From the NCBI RefSeq assembly GCF_006345805.1, contig NC_043007.1, forward strand, positions 31,620,001-31,684,000: 64,000 nucleotides of DNA, given 5' to 3'. A model generated the notes under the pieces. That model saw only the letters and a program-made list of their open reading frames with translations, made no database searches and was not told where the DNA came from. Below, one piece after another: positions 41,601-53,600 of this stretch. Both the position numbers and the translations under genes were made by a program. The DNA is from Octopus sinensis (lineage: Eukaryota). Positions within the stretch are counted from its first letter, which is position 1; every line of letters begins with the position of its first letter.

Positions 41601-44600
41601 ATAGTTTTATGCCCTTTAGGTAAGAAACCAACCGTATTGTTCTGTAGAATCATCCAGTTGTGATATTTTTAAAAGAAACATTATAGTTCACATAATTGTG
41701 ATACGAGAAGCAAATACTGTGTGATTAGTAAGCCATATTTATTGCTGATAGTACACTGCATATTGTTATAGTGTGGTATTAAGTATTATATTGTATTTAG
41801 TTTACTGTTCATCTTACTTTTGTACCTATGGTAAACTTGGTGGATGATTCGTTCACATTTAAGAAAAGTATAAGACCCATTTAATTGAAGAACTGGCTTG
41901 AAAATCTGTAAACTTCATTCTAGTAAATTTGTGGTTTGATCATTGAAAAAGTAATTAATACTAAAGCTACTCTGTATGGTAGTAGGTATTGCTGTGTGAG
42001 CTTACAAGTGAATTTGGTAGATGGAAACCGTAAGAAGCCTCTTGTGCTCATGTGTAAATTTGCATGAATGGTCACATCCCACAGCTTCACTTGTCGCTGC
42101 ACCTATCGCTTTAGGACTAGTTACTCTATGCTTTCTTTCAAAGGTGTGGAATTAAAAAATCCCTTGCTTGAAAAACCTGTAACAATTTGCAATAGAAAGA
42201 GCAAATTGCCATAAGATCCTGTCTCGGATATTTCCCCACCCATCCTATACTAGAAATGGATAAATGAACGTTAATCCAACAAATGGGTGTTTATCTTTAA
42301 AGAAAGGTCAAAAGTCCAAAAAAATTATAATCTGAAATAAATAAAAAAGTGGGTATTTTAAATTCCTCTTGATAATTGACCCTGTTCCTTCCATTGCCAT
42401 TTTTATTATTCTGCTCCCATTCAGCAGTAGTAAAGCAATTATTGTGCTCTCTCTTTATCATTAACAATCATAATTAACTGTTACATTATTGGTTTATATA
42501 TCATTACTCATGAGTAATTTTCTATTTAAATTAGTTGTGTTTCTTCATTTGATAGTTAAGAATTCTAAGGAATGCACTTCACAAAAAAAAAACTTTAGCA
42601 TTCTGCTTTAAGCATCAATCGCTGCCAATTTGGTAGCCAGCTGTTCTTTAATAACCCTTGCCTGAAGTCTTACATGTTTTGTAATTATTACAGCCTCGTT
42701 TTCATTACCAAGTCTTGGAGTCTTTGATAAGCGTTTCATTCCATCACTTGTTTTATTCATAGCATGTATTCTGGTTAAGTATTCTGTATTCATTATGGGG
42801 CGTCAAAGAAAAAGCAAGATTGGCAAGGAATTTAAGGTATTTTTACCTGTATGAGTTACAATTTTTATAGATTTATTTCATCTCACTGGATTTTGTTTTT
42901 TTAACCGATTGCACACCTTTTTTTGTTTTTTTAATGATAGATGTTCCTCAGGGATGCCAAACAAGCTGAGGTACTCCTCAACCAACAAGAGAACTTCCTA
43001 TCAAAAGAAGAAGTACCTGTAAGTATTATTCTTACCTTTAATTCTAAATGGTTTCTATTTCTCTTTTTTTACTTTTTACACACATAGTTCCTCCCATTGT
43101 GTCCACAGCTATTATAGTTTCTCTCATTGTGTATCGGGCTGTATGTGTGTGTGTGTATGGCAACCGATGGAATTTACATTTTTATGGAATTGGATTTGGA
43201 AACTCGATGACAATTTGTGTTCTTGAAAAAAAAGAGAAAAGGCACCCAATTTCTTAATTGACATCAATTTTGATTTTGTTGAAGGCATACGATTAAGATA
43301 TACAAAATAGATTCAAAAACTTAAATTTTAAAATGTTGGCTGCGAAACGAATAACAAATGGATAGATACATCGTGTTTATAGACACATTATTAATTATTA
43401 ATTGTGCAGTCACCAGTCTATGGTAGTAAATGTCTGGAATACAAGTCTATAATGCAGATTGGTAGTTGAACTTGTTTACTTAGTGTCTGTATTTATTTGT
43501 TTTTCTTTTCTTTTTCTATTTTTGTTTTTACTCGAATGCCTGAAGTGGGGGGTGGGTGACACAGTTAGATTGTTCAACTCTTTCAGCAAGTGATTTCAAA
43601 AGACTCCTTTATGGACTTTAAATGTTTAGGTTCAGAAATATGTTAGAAGCAACCCAAATAATTCTTCATACATTTGTAGCTCTACGAGAATTATCGCATT
43701 AAAATATTAATATATTCTACAAAAAATAAATTATGAAATAAGTTTTTAGATTATATTGTATGTAGGTTTTGGGGTGGGTGGATTGCTGCAAGTGGTTGTG
43801 GGATAATATCATGTATTTATTAGTAAAATGACCTACTGTAATTTCAGTTTAGTTACCTCAAGCTGTCCCTAGGTATTTTATATTCTGTCCTGTTCTTCTC
43901 CTATTGCCGTCTACAAACTAGTGGCGTTAGAAGCAGTCAATAGTAATAATATTCTAATAATATCTTCAAGAGCCTAAATTGAAATGTGAGTACATTGTTT
44001 CAAACTGATTTGTACCATTTCCATCTCGTCAACATAAAACTAATGAAAATTCCATGCTGAGAATTCTAAAAGTAATTTGCTGTGTGTAACCTTAATTATA
44101 TTTTAGTTTACTGTGCTCACACTGCTGTTGAATATCACTTGAACTAGTGTAGTTTTTTTTTCCTTTTTCTTTTTTCTTTTACTCTATTGAAAATTGCACA
44201 ACTCTTGTTCAATTTTGTTTTTATGTACATGAAAGATTATGACAATTTTTCTACCATATATTTTTGTTTTTGTTTATATCCTAGTTTTATTTTCACACTG
44301 GCTAAAATGATTACACTTTAATGCTTTCATTAAACAGCTTTAGACATTATGAACAGATTTTTGTTTTCATTTTTAAAGAATTTTTTCTTTATCTTATTAA
44401 AGACAAAATGTGATGGAACCAGTAGAGCACTGAACTAAATGCTTTGTGGTATTTAATAACATGTCTCTACTGTCTCCCGCTAGTGGAGAGTTGTGACCTT
44501 GTGCCTTATGTTAAAAACTTTAAACAAAATATCTCGATAACTTAAAAACAGCACAGGTTATCTTGAAAGTTTTATTATAGTTTATATGAATTCTCAGTTC

Positions 44601-47600
44601 TACAAATCTGAGAATATAGTGATTCCATGTAACGAAACACTACTGTTCTGTTGGTCACATTGCCAATACAAAGATGGCTGGTTCACCAAAATTCTTCATG
44701 ATTTGTACTGGGACAGTCACATACCATTGTCTCTATGTATGTTGTATCCATTTAACCATGACATTGTCCAACAGTATTGTCACTACACAGAACAATCTGA
44801 CTTAATTATGTATTAACATTTTAAAATATCTATTAAATTGTTGATAGTTTTATAAGATGTTGATTTATAGACTAAATATTTATGTGTCCATTTGTGTATC
44901 AATATTTTCTTTGCCCACCTGTATAATTTGTAGGACATATACATACATACATATATATATATGCTTTTATCTTTTCTGATATTTTAAAACAAATGATTGC
45001 ATTGTCGTTGGAGCTCTGATTCAAATTACGAATCATCCTCGTTCCAATTTTAAGACCTTATCTCAGCCCTGCACAAGTAATAGAATTAAAATGTTATTTC
45101 TAAAATTATATTAGCCAGTATGATATATTTAAGGTTTTCAAACTGTTTTATTGCTTGTTTAGTAAGTCCTACTTGGTGCTACCACTTTATTTGCTGTCTC
45201 TGCAGTAAGTCAGTGTATAACTAGTGTCTTTTGTTACACAGAGTGCCATTGGACTTGACAAGCAGGTAACTTGGTGTCTGCTGCTGCTGTGTTAATGGAT
45301 GTAGATAGCATGCTAACTTAGCTTGGTGCCACACAAAAAAAAAATACCATTCAGTTGGCTTGCCATTGTTTTTCCTTCTATAGAAAATTACTGAATAATT
45401 TACGGAATCTATCAATTTGCTTTATTTCCAGAATATTTAGGTAAAACTTAATCTGTTAAATACAATGTAAAACTAGAATTTTAAATTTCATTAATTAAAA
45501 AAAAATGGTTGTAGCTCTCAAAAACATTAAAAAAACTAATGGTTTGGCTTTATTTCTTCATAAAAATATATTTTTAAATGTGTTATGGTCATAAAAAAAA
45601 GAAGTTATGCTGCTTGCTTTATTTTGGAAAATAGTCTTTAAATTTAAACCAGTTTTCTGTTGACACTATAAAACGACACCAAATAATTCATTTAGCAGAA
45701 ATATCTAATGTAATTTTTGAATTATTAGTGTTAATTAATAAGCCCCATAGAAGAAGCATTGGACAATTAAGTAACCCTCTGTCCATATCAGTAAATGAAA
45801 ATTAGTTTTTGTTATTTTTATATATAATATATTTGTTCAGATATATTTCATTACTAAACTAAAAAAATATAACCATAAAATATTATAAAATCATTCTTTT
45901 TTCAATCCAATACTTTTAGTTTGGGATTGAAAAGAGAATGATTTTATAATATTTAAAATTTTATTCACAAAAATGGGGGAAAACCCTATTTTTAAAATTT
46001 TTAAATGTACCCATCTCCTTTGTAAGAATCTGTCCAGAAATTAGGATCATAGAAATCATAAACTAGTGCTATCTCTGTAGCTATGCTTCATATATTTAAA
46101 TTAAAAATTCCAAGCAGCAATTTTCATTGCATCCAAATTCCTCAGACCACTTGATATTAAAAAGCAAAACAACAGTTTAGCATATTTTCCCAAGCTTTCT
46201 AGTTTGCAGTAAAAGCAATGGCACCAGACTAGGAATGGCTCAATAACATGTTGTCATTGTTGAGATGTCAAATGTTCATTGTTTTGTTGTTCTAAATTTT
46301 TATTTTATTTTTTTTTCTCTTTAGTTTTATATATTATATATACTGAGTGTGTTTATATATATTATATATTATATATATATACATATATATATATATATAC
46401 TGAGTGTGTTGATATCTGCTCACAGTTCTTCATTTTTTTTTTTTCCTCTTCTATCTCTTTCAGATTTTTCTTATGCACATTGAGTATATTGTCTTCAACC
46501 TATTCAGATAAATATGCAATTTTGCTAAAATCTAGACCAATATTATTAATTTTTCTTCGTTTCTAAACCATTCTACTTCAGTACTTCTTTCTTGAAGTGT
46601 TCTAACTTTGATTCACTCATTTTCATATTCCTTGGCATTTTGCTCTATAAGTGTGAATTGGTGTGTTGTTGGAATTACTTAATACCATTCTTTCAGTGGG
46701 ATTTTTTGTTCTCTTTTACTCATGTCAGTATTAACAGAATTTTGGTGTTGGATCATATGTCACTAAATAGTCTTAAAGTTTAAGAAAATTATTAACTATT
46801 AATTATAGATTTAAAACAGATAAGGATCTGGTATTAATTATAATAATTTACAAAAGAATACAAAATGTTGTTTATATGTTCAGTTTTTGCTTTAATCTCT
46901 AACCTTTATTTCCCCCCACCCCCTCTAAATCATTGTTTCACAAGTTCTAGATCTAAGTTGTGAAATCAAGTTTAGCAGAATTAACTTGTCTTATTGTTCC
47001 TGTGACTAATAAATGTCCTGCCAATTCTATTATGCTAAGAGAAATTAATTGATGGATAAAAACTAACAAAAATTGTTTTAAATTCCTTTTGGGTCTAAAA
47101 GAGAGAGAAAAAAAAAACAAACAAAAAACATTCAGTTTGTGTTTCTTAAATTTTGTTATTGAAACAATTGTTCTTCATTCTTTTCTTTCTTTCTTTTTTC
47201 TGCTCCAATTTCCTCTTTCTCTAAAACTCTTTAATTGCTTCGGTTACTCTTCAAACTAAATTTGTTTCTCATACCTCCTACATGTATAGACTTTATAACT
47301 GGTGGTTGTGTTACGGTTCTTCCAGTTCAGTTTCTCTCATTAAACTTTGAATACTAATGTTACAAGTGTATTCACTAACTTTATAATTTGTTCTTCCTAA
47401 AAGTGTTCTGCTTGGATGAAAGGAGAATTATCTTGTTCATCTTCTTGCCAACTTCTCTCTATTAATTGCTATAAAACTATTCTTCACTGACAATATCTTC
47501 GTTCTGTTGCTATCAGTAATTATTACAGCTAAACTTTGTGTGTAAATTGTATGCATTTAAAACAAACGTTATATTAATTTCTGGTTTCTCAAGTCTTCTC

Positions 47601-50600
47601 AAGCTCCTGCCATCTTCTATGGCATGTCCTGTCCTCATCTCTATATTCCTGGCACATATATTTCTGCAGTGTGTTGTAATCTGTGCCTAGCATTAAAAAA
47701 ACTGTTTCAATTTGTTCTCTGTTAGCTCAATATTGTTTTTCTTTTTTTTTTTTTATTGAACATTGTTGTTGTGCTTTTCAGCAAACTTGTACTGTGTGAT
47801 GGGTGTGGACTTGTTTTTTTTTTTTTTCCTTTTTTTTTTTTTTTTTGTGTTGCTGTTCCGGAAAGGTAATTGGGAGGGTCATAATTGCTTGTGTGTAATT
47901 TTAAAAGTTATTCTTTCCAATAGTTTATTGAAATAATTAATCATTAAAGGGGAAGAAAAGATCCTTTTTTTTTTTTTTTTTTTTTGTGCCTCATATGTAA
48001 ATAATCTGAGGATTTTGGCAAAAGGATTGCCATTATTATTTTGAAATAAACTTCATGCATGAGAGAGAATGAAATTGTCTTTTTGTAGTTACGTATTTTA
48101 GATGAATTTGCTACTCTCTAGCTTTCATATAACCTCCTTTCTATACCTCACTAATCCTGTATAATGACACTTAATCTTGTCCATTTGGTTAATTATGCTG
48201 TCGAGAAAGATTTAGTCAGTATTTTCACATTTATGATTAGAACTATTCTATACTTCAATCACTGCTTGGTTTTTTAATGACTTTGTGGAGTATTGTATAG
48301 AAACCACTTTCCAGTGACTTGATTGCTTAGCACAAGATTAGAATGATCTTTATTATATAATCCAATTGTTTGATTATAAAATACGATGATTCAAGTCAAA
48401 ATTTTTATTTCAAATCTTTGCAAAACTGTTGCTGAAGGAACTCATTTCCAGCTTGATGACTTGAAAAGTCCTGGTTAAATTGCTAAGGAGTTGCTAATAC
48501 TCTTAAAATAGCAAATTGGTTCTTATTGTCTCTGACAGGAGTCCTATTTACCTCCAGGGTACTTCATTCTAGTTTCACTGGTTATGTTTTAGATTTTTGG
48601 TCATTTGCTTTATTAGCATCTCAATATTTTATATAATGTATAATTTGGATTATTAGTGGTAACGGCACTAATTAAGAATGGTTTCGGAGGCAACTGTGAA
48701 AAGGAGATTAATTTTCACCTCATTGTGACTTTTTTTTAAGAATTAAAGTTTCTTTGATTTTTAAATTAGCTTCTTGTAACAGACATTAATAATTTGATTT
48801 TTAAATGATTGAATAGTTAAACATTTTTTTTCTCATTTTTTCCCCCCTCCTTTTCTAGTGGTAGTAACATTCTTCAGGAAATAAACTCTATTTGCATGAA
48901 GGGGGTGGGAATCTTTCTTTCTGACAGCTTTATTGATGTTTGATGGTTTTTATTAAAACATGTTTTTATATTGTACTTGATTCCTACATGTTCTTAGATC
49001 TCTATTTCTTTTAATATTAATTCAATTAAAATATCTTTAATCTTAGACAATAATGATATCCTATGTGCACATAACTGAACTACAATTCTTACCTCTTGTA
49101 AGAATTTCTTTTGGTGCTTACAAGTAAAAGAAAAGAAAAATATGTCAAGTCTATTTGTCTAATATAGAGCCATAGCTTTTTCATTTAAAATTCCTGTCAC
49201 CACTTAAATGTTAACATCTGTTTTTAAGATTAAAAAAAAAATCCAAGCAGATCAAGTTGCCAATTTTCTCCTTCGGCTGGCGGCTAATTAATACTGCTGC
49301 TGGTTAAAACCCAGTTCAAACTGCCTTGCTTCTAAACATGGTTAATTATTTCCTTAAATCTGGATGAAATTAAAAATGAATTTTAACACCTCATTCCCAT
49401 GAGCTGTTAAAATTTACTTTTATCAATATTTTGGTTCTTATATGGCATACATTTACATATTTTATTTAAAAAAAGAAAAAAAATTTGTTAGAAAATTCAT
49501 GTTATTAAATTAACAATAAGTATTATTAAAACTGTTCCAGAACCAGTTTTAATGTTGTATACTGCAATTACAATTGTTCTAAATACTACTGCTACTACTA
49601 ATAATAATAGTAATTAAGATGTTGATAAATACTAGTTTAATCTGTTTGACTTGTTAGTGTTGGCTAATGTTTTTTTTTTTTATGCTTTTTTTTTTTTCGT
49701 TTTTCCTTACTTATTATAACCAACTTTTTTCCTTCAGAACTCGTTGGAAGCTGCTGAAAATATCATTAAAAAACATGAAGCATTTATCACCACAATGGAT
49801 GCAAATGATGAGAAAATTAACAACGTCTTGCAATTTGGACAAAGACTCATCGAAGACAACAACCATGCTGCTGACAAAATCAGCAAAAAAGCAGAAAACA
49901 TCAACGAAAGGTAAGGACAACATCTGTGAGGTGAAATTGCAAAATTCTGCAGACCACATGAGTAGTCAGCATTGGTCGAAATTAGGTTATGGGAGGCCCA
50001 AGGGAATTTCTCTTGCTCTCTCTCCCCCCAGCTTCCCTTATGGAAAGATCATGCACTTTATGTGATCGAATATGGTATTTACAGTTGTTAAGGCGGCGAG
50101 CTGGCAGAATCGTTAGTACGTCAGGCGAAATACTTAGCGGTATTTCGTCTGTCGCTATGTTCTGAGTTCAAATTCCGCCATGGTCAACTTTGCCTTTCAT
50201 CCCTTCGGGGTCGATTAAAGAAGTACCAGTTACGCACTGGGGTCGATATAATCGACTTAATCCGCTTGTCTGTCCTTGTTTGTCCTCTCTGGGTTTAGCC
50301 CCTCATGGGTAGTAAAGAAATAGGTATTTACAGTTGTTATTTAGACCCAGGTTAGTCCTGCTTAAGCTGACCTGCAATAAATGACTTTTTGAGTTAGTCT
50401 TTTAGTCCTTTGCTTGTTTCAGTCATTTGATTGTGGCCATGCTGGAGCACCGCATTTAGTCAAGCAAATCGACCCCAGGACTTATTGTTTGTAAGCCTAG
50501 TACATATTCTATCGGTTTCTTTTGCCGAACCGCTAAGTTATGGGGACGTAAACACACCAGCATCGGTTGTCAAACGATGTTGGGGGACTGGCACTTTAAA

Positions 50601-53600
50601 AGCACCCACTACATTCTCGGAGTGGTTGGCATTAGGAAGGGCATCCGGCTGTAGAAACTCTACCAGATCAGATTGGAGTCTGGTTCGCCAGTCCTCAGTC
50701 AAATCGTCCAACCCATGCTAGCATGGAAAGCAGACGTTAAACGATGATGATGAAGTCAGTCAGCTTTCTCCAATTACTATTTCCAGCAATTTCAGTTCAG
50801 GGTTTTATTAAAAGATGCTTACCCAAGGTCCTGCACCTGGGATCCAAAACCCCACACAGCCATATTTGTGTGTTCATTGATTTAAATGTATACTGTTGTT
50901 GTTTAGCCCCAGGTCAGCTTTTTTCGAGCAGATCTGTTTATGAAAAGCATTGAAACCACAAACCACCTTCCTGTAATTTAAAGACAAAAAATCTTCTTGC
51001 CATTTACAGGCGTAATGCAAACAGGCAGCGTGCATATGAACAACTGGAACGCCTTAAAGACCAGAGAATGCTACAACAGTTCTTCCAAGACTGTGAAGAA
51101 GTAAATATTATTTAATATTTTTCCTTTGAATTTCGTATTTTCCCTCGTATCGTTTGGGAGAGTTTTAATATACAAAATACTTTATTTTCTTTTTAGTTAC
51201 GAGACTGGCTTCAAGATAAAATGTCAGCTGCTCAAGATGAGACTTATCGTGATGCTAAAAACCTGCACAGCAAATATATGCGACATCAAGCATTTGAATC
51301 TGAAATTGCAGCTAATAAAGATCGTCTTTTGAAACTTCGTGAGGTACATTTTTTTCTTTTTTCCTTTTTTTTTGTTTCTTCTCTATCTTGTCCAATTAAA
51401 GTGCAATTTTGTCATATAAACCCTAATTAATTTGATAGGTGCAGACATGGCTGTGTGGTTGAGAAGTTTGCTTCCTAAACATATGGTCTTGGGTTCAGTT
51501 CCACTGCACAGCACTTTTTTTTCCCCCCTCTTCATTTTGAAACTTTCAAACCAAAGTTCTAGGAAATATACAACATAAAAAAGAAAAAGTTCGTGTTTTG
51601 TGTGTAAGAGAAATGATTATAAAATTATAGACAATAGTTGAGGTAAAAGCTTTTAGTGCTGAGGGTAAACAAGATGGGCTGTGAAGACTTGAAAGATGTC
51701 TGTTAAATATGTGGGGTTTATAGATCAGTGACTTAATTGAATATTTTCCCCATTAGAAAAACGGGTTTCCAATTATTAAAAAACTAAAATGTTTTCTCTT
51801 TTAGGCTGGTGAAGGTTTGTTGAAAGATAAACCCGAAGCTGCTGAGCAGGTTGGTCCCGTTCTTGAGGGTCTCAGCAATCAATGGGAAGAGCTCGAGAAC
51901 ACCACGAAGGACAAGGGTGAGCGGTTGTTTGATGCCAATCGCTCGGTCCTCTATGAACAGAGCTGTGATGACATTGATGGTTGGATTCAACAGCTGGAAT
52001 CCCAAGTTGTTACTGAAGAATTTGGTAGAGATTTAACCACTGTCAATATTCAAATGCAGAGGCAAAATGTAAGTATTGTTTAATTTAATCATGTTAATTA
52101 ATATGTTCAATTAGAAATTCTTTTCTTTTTTTTTTCTTCTTGCTTATTCATATCTTTAATTTGTGTTTCTGTTAAATAGCAATTGGAAAGCCAGATGAAG
52201 TGTAAAGAGAACCAAGTGCAAGAGCTTGATAAACAAGCTAATTACCTGAAAACTATGGATCCTAATAAGGAGGCTGAAATAGAAGCTCGCAAAGTGGCGG
52301 TTGCTGAGCGGTAAGCCATCAGTTTTTTTGTAACTTTTGAAAAATTCTGTTATCAGAATGCTAATTAGTAATTCATAAATAAACACACATCATCATCATC
52401 ATGTATTCAATAGTAATTTACTTGGATTGTTTTATGTTGCAGGTTCATGAAAATTCAGGCGCCTTTGTTAGTACGACGATCTCAACTTGAGAGAGTCAAA
52501 CGAATTCATCAGTTTCAGCGTGATATTGAAGATGAAAAAATGTGGGTTGAAGAAAAGATGCCCCTGGCAACCTCTGGCAACTATGGCAACAGCCTTCTTA
52601 GTGTTCAGTTACTAATGAAGAAAACACACGTAAGTAGTTCATCACCACCATTTAATGTCTGTTTCTCATGATAGTTTGACCAGCGGCACCAGGCTCCGGT
52701 TGTCTGTTTTGGCAGGGTTTCTATGGCTGGATGCCCTTCTTCGTAACACCAACCACTTTACAAAGTGTACTGGCTGCTTTTTACTTGGCACCAGCATTGT
52801 TACTTTAACCCTGGTACTAGAACTGTTGCTTTATACTTGGCACCATCACCCATGAGCTTCCAAGACAAGGATCTCTCCTCGATTAAAACTTTCCTAAAAC
52901 TAAAAGCATGGTTCAAAATGTGTTAACTGAGAGCTGCTTTCACTTTATAGCAGAAGTGGGGAAAGTTTTTGCCAAATAACCAAATTAGCTTGTAAAGTCA
53001 CAATATTTTATACTTGATTTTAGCTGAAAAAACTGGGTTGTGATTTCTACATGGGAAAGCTTAAACAATGAAGGGAAAAAAATCACGTACCAAGATTTAA
53101 CACAAAATTTGAGGTGCAACTTGTACATGGATAAATACGCCCATTATTATATTTGGTTGTTAGGAACCTTATTTTAAAAATTGTACTTAAAAAGAAATTA
53201 TTTTAATACTTTCTTCTCATTCATTCTCTTGTGTTTCTCTGTGCATTAGATTTGCAGATATTGTGAAGAAGTGTGTTTATTATGTTGTGTATTAAGGACA
53301 CAGGCAAGGCTGTGTGGTTAAGAAGTTTGCTTCTCAAAACATAGCTTTGGGTTCAGTCCCACTGCCCCGGGCAGATCAAAGCCTTGTAAATGGATTTGGC
53401 TGATGGGAATATAAAGTAGCCCATTGTGTGTGTGTCTCTACTTCTCTTGACCTTGCATGAAAGTTGTAAATGAGTGCCACTGTTATACAAGCAGTGTCAT
53501 TAATATCCAATATTGTATGAAAATGTGTCTGACTATGGAGAGAAAATTTTACTTTGCTAGGAAACCTGTGAGGTTTTGCAACAAGAAATACACCTGATCA

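Noticed and set aside
43048-43257. Transmembrane-like ORF ([18 protein letters not shown]) as a membrane-anchor exon
   Set aside because: It would need a phase 1 acceptor, but exon 22 ends in phase 0; T-rich intron sequence gives hydrophobic reads by default.
45163-45204. 42-nt AG/GTAAGT-bounded segment just upstream of the 24-nt microexon
   Set aside because: Starts with TAA in frame, and both signals are overlapping AGTAAGT motifs; too ambiguous to call an exon.
47130-47640. Purine-rich minus-strand stretch as a nested antisense gene
   Set aside because: All three minus frames have multiple stops and no recognisable domain.
48539-48558. 20-nt AG/GT-bounded segment
   Set aside because: Frameshifting length and weak donor (GTACTT).
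49103-49123. 21-nt in-frame segment (NFFWCLQ)
   Set aside because: AAG acceptor, weak donor context and an implausible loop peptide; consistent with chance.
50091-50180. tRNA genes at SINE heads (also 9239, 25533, 51445, 53305)
   Set aside because: Only box A/B-like motifs; no cloverleaf or acceptor stem, and each continues into a repeat body.
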